Part shown: in pieces, positions 1-12,500 of the stretch | Layout of the letters: each line of letters begins with the position of its first letter | Numbering within the stretch: position 1 is the stretch's first letter | Assembly: GCA_964057225.1 (NCBI GenBank) | Contig: OZ059900.1 | Coordinates: 23,560,001 to 23,624,000, forward strand | DNA length: 64,000 nt | From: Auanema rhodensis | Lineage: Eukaryota; Animalia; Nematoda | Reading direction: 5' to 3' | Program-made: the position numbers and the translations under genes | The notes under the pieces: model-generated | Databases searched by the model: none | What the model was told of the DNA's origin: nothing | The model's input: the letters and a program-made list of their open reading frames with translations, nothing else

Positions 1-1709
1 GCGTGTTACATACTAAAATGAAGCATTTTACATGCTGAACACTAGAAAAATACAAAAACACAGTATTTCCCATGAGAAATATTTTATTATGCTGGAAAAC
101 CAGTTTTTGGAAATTTCGCTGTAAACAAGGTTTTGACTTACGATTTCATGTGTTCAAACTCATGCAATGTCAATGAAACCTAGCTCAAAATTGTTCGTAC
201 AACGTCTAGTTCCACTTTCACGACAAAAAAACAGGGGTTAGAAAATTAAGGAAATTAGCATATTCTGAGGGCACGCCCCTTATGACTAATATTGATTAAA
301 TCGATTTTTGTTCATATGAGTAGTCAAATGCAACGAATTTTAGCGTGTTACATACTAAAATGAAGTATTTTACATGCTGAACACTAGAAAAATACAAAAA
401 CACAGTATTTCCCATGAGAAATATTTTATTATGCTGGAAAACCAGTTTTTGGAAATTTCGCTGTAAACAAGGTTTTGACTTACGATTTCATGTGTTCAAA
501 CTCATGCAATGTCAATGAAACCTAGCTCAAAATTACTCGTACAACGTCTAGTTCCACTTTCACGACAAAAAAACAGGGGTTAGAAAATTAAGGAAATTAG
601 CATATTCTGAGGGCACGCCTCTTATGGCTAATATTGATTAAATCGATTTTTGTTCATATGAGTCGTTAAATGCAACGAATTTTAGCGTGTTACATACTAA
701 AATGAAGCATTTTACATGCTGAACACTAGAAAAATACAAAAACACAGTATTTCCCATGAGAAATATTTTATTATGCTGGAAAACCAGTTTTTGGAAATTT
801 CGCTGTAAACAAGGTTTTGACTTACGATTTCATGTGCTCAAACTCATGCAATGTCAATGAAACCTAGCTCAAAATTGTTCGTACAACGTCTAGTTCCACT
901 TTCACGACAAAAAAAAAGGGGTTAGAAAATTAAGGAAATTAGCATATTCTGAGGGCACGCCCCTTATGGCTAATATTGATTAAATCGATTTTTGTTCATA
1001 TGAGTCGTCAAATGCAACGAATTTCAGCGTGTTACATACTAAAATGAAGCATTTTACATGCTGAACACTAGAAAAATACAAAAACACAGTATTTCCCATG
1101 AGAAATATTTTATTATGCTGGAAAACCAGTTTTTGGAAATTTCGCTGTAAACAAGGTTTTGACTTACGATTTCATGTGTTCAAACTCATGCAATGTCAAT
1201 GAAACCTAGCTCAAAATTGTTCGTACAACGTCTAGTTCCACTTTCACGACAAAAAAACAGGGGTTAGAAAATTAAGGAAATTAGCATATTCTGAGGGCAC
1301 GCCCCTTATGACTAATATTGATTAAATCGATTTTTGTTCATATGAGTAGTCAAATGCAACGAATTTCAGCGTGTTACATACTAAAATGAAGTATTTTACA
1401 TGCTGAACACTAGAAAAATACAAAAACACAGTATTTCCCATGAGAAATATTTTATTATGCTGGAAAACCAGTTTTTGGAAATTTCGCTGTAAACAAGGTT
1501 TTGACTTACGATTTCATGTGTTCAAACTCATGCAATGTCAATGAAACCTAGCTCAAAATTGTTCCTACAACGTCTAGTTCCACTTTCACGACAAAAAACA
1601 GGGGTTAGAAAATTAAGGAAATTAGCATATTCTGAGGGCACGCCCCTTATGGCTTATATTGATTAAATCGATTTTTGTTCATATGAGTCGTCAAATGCAA
1701 CGAATTTCA

Positions 1710-3759
1710 GCGTGTTACATACTAAAATGAAGTATTTTACATGCTGAACACTAGAAAAATACAAAAACACAGTATTTCCCATGAGAAATATTTTATTATG
1801 CTGGAAAACCAGTTTTTGGAAATTTCGCTGTAAACAAGGTTTTGACTTACGATTTCATGTGTTCAAACTCATGCAATGTCAATGAAACCTAGCTCAAAAT
1901 TGTTTGTATAACGTCTAGTTCCACTTTCACGACAAAAAAACAGGGGTTAGAAAATTAAGGAAATTAGCATATTCTGAGGGCACGCCCCTTATGGCTAATA
2001 TTGATTAAATCGATTTTTGTTCATATGAGTCGTCAAATGCAACGAATTTCAGCGTGTTACATACTAAAATGAAGCATTTTACATGCTGAACACTAGAAAA
2101 ATACAAAAACACAGTATTTCCCATGAGAAATATTTTATTATGCTGGAAAACCAGTTTTTGGAAATTTCGCTGTAAACAAGGTTTTGACTTACGATTTCAT
2201 GTGTTCAAACTCATGCAATGTCAATGAAACCTAGCTCAAAATTGTTCGTACAACGTCTAGTTCCACTTTCACGACAAAAAAACAGGGGTTAGAAAATTAA
2301 GGAAATTAGCATATTCTGAGGGCACGCCCCTTATGACTAATATTGATTAAATCGATTTTTGTTCATATGAGTCGTCAAATGCAACGAATTTTAGCGTGTT
2401 ACATACTAAAATGAAGCATTTTACATGCTGAACACTAGAAAAATACAAAAACACAGTATTTCCCATGAGAAATATTTTATTATGCTGGAAAACCAGTTTT
2501 TGGAAATTTCGCTGTAAACAAGGTTTTGACTTACGATTTCATGTGTTCAAACTCATGCAATGTCAATGAAACCTAGCTCAAAATTGTTCGTACAACGTCT
2601 AGTTCCACTTTCACGACAAAAAAACAGGGGTTAGAAAATTAAGGAAATTAGCATATTCTGAGGGCACGCCTCTTATGGCTAATATTGATTAAATCGATTT
2701 TTGTTCATATGAGTCGTCAAATGCAACGAATTTCAGCGTGTTACATACTAAAATGAAGTATTTTACATGCTGAACACTAGAAAAATACAAAAACACAGTA
2801 TTTCCCATGAGAAATATTTTATTATGCTGGAAAACCAGTTTTTGGAAATTTCGCTGTAAACAAGGTTTTGACTTACGATTTCATGTGTTCAAACTCATGC
2901 AATGTCAATGAAACCTAGCTCAAAATTGTTTGTATAACGTCTAGTTCCACTTTCACGACAAAAAAACAGGGGTTAGAAAATTAAGGAAATTAGCATATTC
3001 TGAGGGCACGCCCCTTATGGCTAATATTGATTAAATCGATTTTTGTTCATATGAGTCGTCAAATGCAACGAATTTCAGCGTGTTACATACTAAAATGAAG
3101 CATTTTACATGCTGAACACTAGAAAAATACAAAAACACAGTATTTCCCATGAGAAATATTTTATTATGCTGGAAAACCAGTTTTTGGAAATTTCGCTGTA
3201 AACAAGGTTTTGACTTACGATTTCATGTGTTCAAACTCATGCAATGTCAATGAAACCTAGCTCAAAATTGTTCGTACAACGTCTAGTTCCACTTTCACGA
3301 CAAAAAAACAGGGGTTAGAAAATTAAGGAAATTAGCATATTCTGAGGGCACGCCCCTTATGACTAATATTGATTAAATCGATTTTTGTTCATATGAGTCG
3401 TCAAATGCAACGAATTTTAGCGTGTTACATACTAAAATGAAGCATTTTACATGCTGAACACTAGAAAAATACAAAAACACAGTATTTCCCATGAGAAATA
3501 TTTTATTATGCTGGAAAACCAGTTTTTGGAAATTTCGCTGTAAACAAGGTTTTGACTTACGATTTCATGTGTTCAAACTCATGCAATGTCAATGAAACCT
3601 AGCTCAAAATTGTTCGTACAACGTCTAGTTCCACTTTCACGACAAAAAAACAGGGGTTAGAAAATTAAGGAAATTAGCATATTCTGAGGGCACGCCTCTT
3701 ATGGCTAATATTGATTAAATCGATTTTTGTTCATATGAGTCGTCAAATGCAACGAATTT
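1710..3759 (+). repeat. Sat342 trimer (1026 bp) tandem duplication
   Basis: The variant order [AAGTAT+TTTGTATA], [ATGACTA+TTTTAG], [GCCTCTT] occurs at 1710/2052/2394 and again at 2736/3078/3420. Confidence 0.9.
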
Positions 3760-3760
3760 T
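3757..3760. other. Strand-switch (inversion) junction within Sat342
   Basis: ...CAACGAATTTT|GAACACATGAAATCG... The left side is monomer position ~340 on +. The right side is the reverse complement of monomer position 158 downward (normally GAGTTTGAACAC). TT/TTT is shared and no bases are inserted. Confidence 0.97.
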
Positions 3761-5812
3761 GAACACATGAAATCGTAAGTCAAAACCTTGTTTACAGCGA
3801 AATTTCCAAAAACTGGTTTTCCAGCATAATAAAATATTTCTCATGAGAAATACTGTGTTTTTGTATTTTTCTAGTGTTCAGCATGTAAAATACTTCATTT
3901 TAGTATGTAACACGCTGAAATTCGTTGCATTTGACGACTTATATGAACAAAAATCGATTTAATCAATATTAGCCATAAGGGGCGTGCCCTCAGAATATGC
4001 TAATTTCCTTAATTTTCTAACCCCTGTTTTTTTGTCGTGAAAGTGGAACTAGACGTTGTACAAACAATTTTGAGCTAGGTTTCATTGACATTGCATGAGT
4101 TTGAACACATGAAATCGTAAGTCAAAACCTTGTTTACAGCGAAATTTCCAAAAACTGGTTTTCCAGCATAATAAAATATTTCTCATGAGAAATACTGTGT
4201 TTTTGTATTTTTCTAGTGTTCAGCATGTAAAATACTTCATTTTAGTATGTAACACGCTGAAATTCGTTGCATTTGACGACTCATATGAACAAAAATCGAT
4301 TTAATCAATATTAGCCATAAGGGGCGTGCCCTCAGAATATGCTAATTTCCTTAATTTTCTAACCCCTGTTTTTTTGTCGTGAAAGTGGAACTAGACGTTG
4401 TACGAACAATTTTGAGCTAGGTTTCATTGACATTGCATGAGTTTGAACACATGAAATCGTAAGTCAAAACCTTGTTTACAGCGAAATTTCCAAAAACTGG
4501 TTTTCCAGCATAATAAAATATTTCTCATGGGAAATACTGTGTTTTTGTATTTTTCTAGTGTTCAGCATGTAAAATGCTTCATTTTAGTATGTAACACGCT
4601 GAAATTCGTTGCATTTGACGACTCATATGAACAAAAATCGATTTAATCAATATTAGCCATAAGGGGCGTGCCCTCAGAATATGCTAATTTCCTTAATTTT
4701 CTAACCCCTGTTTTTTTGTCGTGAAAGTGGAACTAGACGTTGTACAAACAATTTTGAGCTAGGTTTCATTGACATTGCATGAGTTTGAACACATGAAATC
4801 GTAAGTCAAAACCTTGTTTACAGCGAAATTTCCAAAAACTGGTTTTCCAGCATAATAAAATATTTCTCATGAGAAATACTGTGTTTTTGTATTTTTCTAG
4901 TGTTCAGCATGTAAAATACTTCATTTTAGTATGTAACACGCTGAAATTCGTTGCATTTGACGACTTATATGAACAAAAATCGATTTAATCAATATTAGCC
5001 ATAAGGGGCGTGCCCTCAGAATATGCTAATTTCCTTAATTTTCTAACCCCTGTTTTTTTGTCGTGAAAGTGGAACTAGACGTTGTACAAACAATTTTGAG
5101 CTAGGTTTCATTGACATTGCATGAGTTTGAACACATGAAATCGTAAGTCAAAACCTTGTTTACAGCGAAATTTCCAAAAACTGGTTTTCCAGCATAATAA
5201 AATATTTCTCATGAGAAATACTGTGTTTTTGTATTTTTCTAGTGTTCAGCATGTAAAATACTTCATTTTAGTATGTAACACGCTGAAATTCGTTGCATTT
5301 GACGACTCATATGAACAAAAATCGATTTAATCAATATTAGCCATAAGGGGCGTGCCCTCAGAATATGCTAATTTCCTTAATTTTCTAACCCCTGTTTTTT
5401 TGTCGTGAAAGTGGAACTAGACGTTGTACGAACAATTTTGAGCTAGGTTTCATTGACATTGCATGAGTTTGAACACATGAAATCGTAAGTCAAAACCTTG
5501 TTTACAGCGAAATTTCCAAAAACTGGTTTTCCAGCATAATAAAATATTTCTCATGGGAAATACTGTGTTTTTGTATTTTTCTAGTGTTCAGCATGTAAAA
5601 TGCTTCATTTTAGTATGTAACACGCTGAAATTCGTTGTATTTGACGACTCATATGAACAAAAATCGATTTAATCAATATTAGCCATAAGGGGCGTGCCCT
5701 CAGAATATGCTAATTTCCTTAATTTTCTAACCCCTGTTTTTTTGTCGTGAAAGTGGAACTAGACGTTGTACAAACAATTTTGAGCTAGGTTTCATTGACA
5801 TTGCATGAGTTT
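3761..5812 (-). repeat. Sat342 trimer tandem duplication immediately right of the inversion
   Basis: Units at 3761/4103/4445 match 4787/5129/5471 (CATGAG+AATACT+GACTT+TACAA; CATGAG+AATACT+TACGA; CATGGG+TACAA), apart from one private substitution near 5638. Confidence 0.88.
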
Positions 5813-8800
5813 GAACACATGAAATCGTAAGTCAAAACCTTGTTTACAGCGAAATTTCCAAAAACTGGTTTTCCAGCATAATAAAATATTTCTCATGAGA
5901 AATACTGTGTTTTTGTATTTTTCTAGTGTTCAGCATGTAAAATGCTTCATTTTAGTATGTAACACGCTGAAATTCGTTGCATTTGACTACTCATATGAAC
6001 AAAAATCGATTTAATCAATATTAGCCATAAGGGGCGTGCCCTCAGAATATGCTAATTTCCTTAATTTTCTAACCCCTGTTTTTTTGTCGTGAAAGTGGAA
6101 CTAGACGTTGTACAAACAATTTTGAGCTAGGTTTCATTGACATTGCATGAGTTTGAACACATGAAATCGTAAGTCAAAACCTTGTTTACAGCGAAATTTC
6201 CAAAAACTGGTTTTCCAGCATAATAAAATATTTCTCATGGGAAATACTGTGTTTTTGTATTTTTCTAGTGTTCAGCATGTAAAATGCTTCATTTTAGTAT
6301 GTAACACGCTGAAATTCGTTGCATTTGACGACTCATATGAACAAAAATCGATTTAATCAATATTAGCCATAAGGGGCGTGCCCTCAGAATATGCTAACTT
6401 CCTTAATTTTCTAACCCCTGTTTTTTTGTCGTGAAAGTGGAACTAGACGTTGTACGAACAATTTTGAGCTAGGTTTCATTGACATTGCATGAGTTTGAAC
6501 ACATGAAATCGTAAGTCAAAACCTTGTTTACAGCGAAATTTCCAAAAACTGGTTTTCCAGCATAATAAAATATTTCTCATGGGAAATACTGTGTTTTTGT
6601 ATTTTTCTAGTGTTCAGCATGTAAAATACTTCATTTTAGTATGTAACACGCTAAAATTCGTTGCATGTGACTACTCATATGAACAAAAATCGATTTAATC
6701 AATATTAGTCATAAGGGGCGTGCCCTCAGAATATGCTAATTTCCTTAATTTTCTAACCCCTGTTTTTTTGTCGTGAAAGTGGAACTAGACGTTGTACGAA
6801 CAATTTTGAGCTAGGTTTCATTGACATTGCATGAGTTTGAACACATGAAATCGTAAGTCAAAACCTTGTTTACAGCGAAATTTCCAAAAACTGGTTTTCC
6901 AGCATAATAAAATATTTCTCATGGGAAATACTGTGTTTTTGTATTTTTCTAGTGTTCAGCATGTAAAATGCTTCATTTTAGTATGTAACACGCTGAAATT
7001 CGTTGCATTTCACGACTCATATGAACAAAAATCGATTTAATCAATATTAGCCATAAGGGGCGTGCCCTCAGAATATGCTAATTTCCTTAATTTTCTAACC
7101 CCTGTTTTTTTGTCGTGAAAGTGGAATTAGACGTTGTAGGAACAATTTTGAGCTAGGTTTCATTGACATTGCATGAGTTTGAACACATGAAATCGTAAGT
7201 CAAAACCTTGTTTACAGCGAAATTTCCAAAAACTGGTTTTCCAGCATAATAAAATATTTCTCATGGGAAATACTGTGTTTTTGTATTTTTCTAGTGTTCA
7301 GCATGTAAAATGCTTCATTTTAGTATGTAACACGCTGAAATTCGTTGCATTTGACGACTCATATGAACAAAAATCGATTTAATCAATATTAGCCATAAGG
7401 GGCGTGCCCTCAGAATATGCTAATTTCCTTAATTTTCTAACCCCTGTTTTTTTGTCGTGAAAGTGGAATTAGACGTTGTAGGAACAATTTTGAGCTAGGT
7501 TTCATTGACATTGCATGAGTTTGAACACATGAAATCGTAAGTCAAAACCTTGTTTACAGCGAAATTTCCAAAAACTGGTTTTCCAGCATAATAAAATATT
7601 TCTCATGAGAAATACTGTGTTTTTGTATTTTTCTAGTGTTCAGCATGTAAAATGCTTCATTTTAGTATGTAACACGCTGAAATTCGTTGCATTTGACGAC
7701 TCATATGAACAAAAATCGATTTAATCAATATTAGCCATAAGGGGCTTGCCCTCAGAATATGCTAATTTCCTTAATTTTCTAACCCCTGTTTTTTTGTCGT
7801 GAAAGTGGAACTAGACGTTGTACAAACAATTTTGAGCTAGGTTTCATTGACATTGCATGAGTTTGAACACATGAAATCGTAAGTCAAAACCTTGTTTACA
7901 GCGAAATTTCCAAAAACTGGTTTTCCAGCATAATAAAATATTTCTCATGAGAAATACTGTGTTTTTGTATTTTTCTAGTGTTCAGCATGTAAAATGCTTC
8001 ATTTTAGTATGTAACACGCTAAAATTCGTTGCATTTGACGACTCATATGAACAAAAATCGATTTAATCAATATTAGCCATAAGGGGCGTGCCCTCAGAAT
8101 ATGCTAATTTCCTTAATTTTCTAACCCCTGTTTTTTTGTCGTGAAAGTGGAATTAGACGTTGTACGAACAATTTTGAGCTAGGTTTCATTGACATTGCAT
8201 GAGTTTGAACACATGAAATCGTAAGTCAAAACCTTGTTTACAGCGAAATTTCCAAAAACTGGTTTTCCAGCATAATAAAATATTTCTCATGGGAAATACT
8301 GTGTTTTTGTATTTTTCTAGTGTTCAGCATGTAAAATGCTTCATTTTAGTATGTAACACGCTGAAATTCGTTGCATTTGACGACTCATATGAACAAAAAT
8401 CGATTTAATCAATATTAGCCATAAGGGGCGTGCCCTCAGAATATGCTAACTTCCTTAATTTTCTAACCCCTGTTTTTTTGTCGTGAAAGTGGAACTAGAC
8501 GTTGTACGAACAATTTTGAGCTAGGTGTCATTGACATTGCATGAGTTTGAACACATGAAATCGTAAGTCAAAACCTTGTTTACAGCGAAATTTCCAAAAA
8601 CTGGTTTTCCAGCATAATAAAATATTTCTCATGGGAAATACTGTGTTTTTGTATTTTTCTAGTGTTCAGCATGTAAAATGCTTCATTTTAGTATGTAACA
8701 CGCTGAAATTCGTTGCATTTCACGACTCATATGAACAAAAATCGATTTAATCAATATTAGCCATAAGGGGCGTGCCCTCAGAATATGCTAATTTCCTTAA

Positions 8801-9574
8801 TTTTCTAACCCCTGTTTTTTTGTCGTGAAAGTGGAATTAGACGTTGTAGGAACAATTTTGAGCTAGGTTTCATTGACATTGCATGAGTTTGAACACATGA
8901 AATCGTAAGTCAAAACCTTGTTTACAGCGAAATTTCCAAAAACTGGTTTTCCAGCATAATAAAATATTTCTCTTGGGAAATACTGTGTTTTTGTATTTTT
9001 CTAGTGTTCAGCATGTAAAATGCTTCATTTTAGTATGTAACACGCTGAAATTCGTTGCATTTCACGACTCATATGAACAAAAATCGATTTAATCAATATT
9101 AGCCATAAGGGGCTTGCCCTCAGAATATGCTAATTTCCTTAATTTTCTAACCCCTGTTTTTTTGTCGTGAAAGTGGAACTAGACGTTGTACAAACAATTT
9201 TGAGCTAGGTTTCATTGACATTGCATGAGTTTGAACACATGAAATCGTAAGTCAAAACCTTGTTTACAGCGAAATTTCCAAAAACTGGTTTTCCAGCATA
9301 ATAAAATATTTCTCATGAGAAATACTGTGTTTTTGTATTTTTCTAGTGTTCAGCATGTAAAATGCTTCATTTTAGTATGTAACACGCTAAAATTCGTTGC
9401 ATTTGACGACTCATATGAACAAAAATCGATTTAATCAATATTAGCCATAAGGGGCGTGCCCTCAGAATATGCTAATTTCCTTAATTTTCTAACCCCTGTT
9501 TTTTTGTCGTGAAAGTGGAATTAGACGTTGTACGAACAATTTTGAGCTAGGTTTCATTGACATTGCATGAGTTT

Positions 9575-12500
9575 GAACACATGAAATCGTAAGTCAAAAC
9601 CTTGTTTACAGCGAAATTTCCAAAAACTGGTTTTCCAGCATAATAAAATATTTCTCATGGGAAATACTGTGTTTTTGTATTTTTCTAGTGTTCAGCATGT
9701 AAAATGCTTCATTTTAGTATGTAACACGCTGAAATTCGTTGCATTTGACGACTCATATGAACAAAAATCGATTTAATCAATATTAGCCATAAGGGGCGTG
9801 CCCTCAGAATATGCTAACTTCCTTAATTTTCTAACCCCTGTTTTTTTGTCGTGAAAGTGGAACTAGACGTTGTACGAACAATTTTGAGCTAGGTGTCATT
9901 GACATTGCATGAGTTTGAACACATGAAATCGTAAGTCAAAACCTTGTTTACAGCGAAATTTCCAAAAACTGGTTTTCCAGCATAATAAAATATTTCTCAT
10001 GGGAAATACTGTGTTTTTGTATTTTTCTAGTGTTCAGCATGTAAAATGCTTCATTTTAGTATGTAACACGCTGAAATTCGTTGCATTTCACGACTCATAT
10101 GAACAAAAATCGATTTAATCAATATTAGCCATAAGGGGCGTGCCCTCAGAATATGCTAATTTCCTTAATTTTCTAACCCCTGTTTTTTTGTCGTGAAAGT
10201 GGAATTAGACGTTGTAGGAACAATTTTGAGCTAGGTTTCATTGACATTGCATGAGTTTGAACACATGAAATCGTAAGTCAAAACCTTGTTTACAGCGAAA
10301 TTTCCAAAAACTGGTTTTCCAGCATAATAAAATATTTCTCTTGGGAAATACTGTGTTTTTGTATTTTTCTAGTGTTCAGCATGTAAAATGCTTCATTTTA
10401 GTATGTAACACGCTGAAATTCGTTGCATTTCACGACTCATATGAACAAAAATCGATTTAATCAATATTAGCCATAAGGGGCGTGCCCTCAGAATATGCTA
10501 ATTTCCTTAATTTTCTAACCCCTGTTTTTTTGTCGTGAAAGTGGAATTAGACGTTGTAGGAACAATTTTGAGCTAGGTTTCATTGACATTGCATGAGTTT
10601 GAACACATGAAATCGTAAGTCAAAACCTTGTTTACAGCGAAATTTCCAAAAACTGGTTTTCCAGCATAATAAAATATTTCTCATGAGAAATACTGTGTTT
10701 TTGTATTTTTCTAGTGTTCAGCATGTAAAATGCTTCATTTTAGTATGTAACACGCTGAAATTCGTTGCATTTGACGACTCATATGAACAAAAATCGATTT
10801 AATCAATATTAGCCATAAGGGGCTTGCCCTCAGAATATGCTAATTTCCTTAATTTTCTAACCCCTGTTTTTTTGTCGTGAAAGTGGAACTAGACGTTGTA
10901 GGAACAATTTTGAGCTAGGTTTCATTGACATTGCATGAGTTTGAACACATGAAATCGTAAGTCAAAACCTTGTTTACAGCGAAATTTCTAAAAACTGGTT
11001 TTCCAGCATAATAAAATATTTCTCATGGGAAATACTGTGTTTTTGTATTTTTCTAGTGTTCAGCATGTAAAATGCTTCATTTTAGTATGTAACACGCTGA
11101 AATTCGTTGCATTTGACGACTCATATGAACAAAAATCGATTTAATCAATATTAGCCATAAGGGGCGTGCCCTCAGAATATGCTAATTTCCTTAATTTTCT
11201 AACCCCTGTTTTTTTGTCGTGAAAGTGGAATTAGACGTTGTACGAACAATTTTGAGCTAGGTTTCATTGACATTGCATGAGTTTGAACACATGAAATCGT
11301 AAGTCAAAACCTTGTTTACAGCGAAATTTCCAAAAACTGGTTTTCCAGCATAATAAAATATTTCTCATGGGAAATACTGTGTTTTTGTATTTTTCTAGTG
11401 TTCAGCATGTAAAATGCTTCATTTTAGTATGTAACACGCTGAAATTCGTTGCATTTGACGACTCATATGAACAAAAATCGATTTAATCAATATTAGCCAT
11501 AAGGGGCGTGCCCTCAGAATATGCTAACTTCCTTAATTTTCTAACCCCTGTTTTTTTGTCGTGAAAGTGGAACTAGACGTTGTACGAACAATTTTGAGCT
11601 AGGTGTCATTGACATTGCATGAGTTTGAACACATGAAATCGTAAGTCAAAACCTTGTTTACAGCGAAATTTCCAAAAACTGGTTTTCCAGCATAATAAAA
11701 TATTTCTCATGGGAAATACTGTGTTTTTGTATTTTTCTAGTGTTCAGCATGTAAAATGCTTCATTTTAGTATGTAACACGCTGAAATTCGTTGCATTTCA
11801 CGACTCATATGAACAAAAATCGATTTAATCAATATTAGCCATAAGGGGCGTGCCCTCAGAATATGCTAATTTCCTTAATTTTCTAACCCCTGTTTTTTTG
11901 TCGTGAAAGTGGAATTAGACGTTGTAGGAACAATTTTGAGCTAGGTTTCATTGACATTGCATGAGTTTGAACACATGAAATCGTAAGTCAAAACCTTGTT
12001 TACAGCGAAATTTCCAAAAACTGGTTTTCCAGCATAATAAAATATTTCTCTTGGGAAATACTGTGTTTTTGTATTTTTCTAGTGTTCAGCATGTAAAATG
12101 CTTCATTTTAGTATGTAACACGCTGAAATTCGTTGCATTTCACGACTCATATGAACAAAAATCGATTTAATCAATATTAGCCATAAGGGGCGTGCCCTCA
12201 GAATATGCTAATTTCCTTAATTTTCTAACCCCTGTTTTTTTGTCGTGAAAGTGGAATTAGACGTTGTAGGAACAATTTTGAGCTAGGTTTCATTGACATT
12301 GCATGAGTTTGAACACATGAAATCGTAAGTCAAAACCTTGTTTACAGCGAAATTTCCAAAAACTGGTTTTCCAGCATAATAAAATATTTCTCATGAGAAA
12401 TACTGTGTTTTTGTATTTTTCTAGTGTTCAGCATGTAAAATGCTTCATTTTAGTATGTAACACGCTGAAATTCGTTGCATTTGACGACTCATATGAACAA

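Larger units (their letters stand above)
1..3760 (+). repeat. 342-bp tandem satellite (Sat342), left arm, 11 monomers (strand label arbitrary; array probably continues upstream of the window)
   Basis: GCGTGTTACATACTAAAATG recurs at 1, 343, 685, 1027, 1369, 1710, 2052, 2394, 2736, 3078 and 3420. The period is 342, with one 341-bp unit (A6 instead of A7 near 1593-1598). Monomers differ by only a few substitutions. Monomer 1 has 113/342 G+C. Confidence 0.99.

Noticed and set aside
1-342. Assignment to a named satellite of similar length (primate alpha-satellite dimer, ~340-360-bp beetle satellites)
   Set aside because: The similarity is in length only. I do not recognise the sequence, and a BLAST or Dfam search is needed.
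3757-3760. Inversion as a fold-back sequencing artefact
   Set aside because: The arms carry different variant sets and the breakpoints lie at different monomer phases. An assembly mis-join still cannot be excluded without reads.
4262-4278. ATTCGTTGCATTTGACG resembles the 5' half of the CENP-B box
   Set aside because: It matches TTCG....A but lacks the essential CGGG, so it is not a canonical box.
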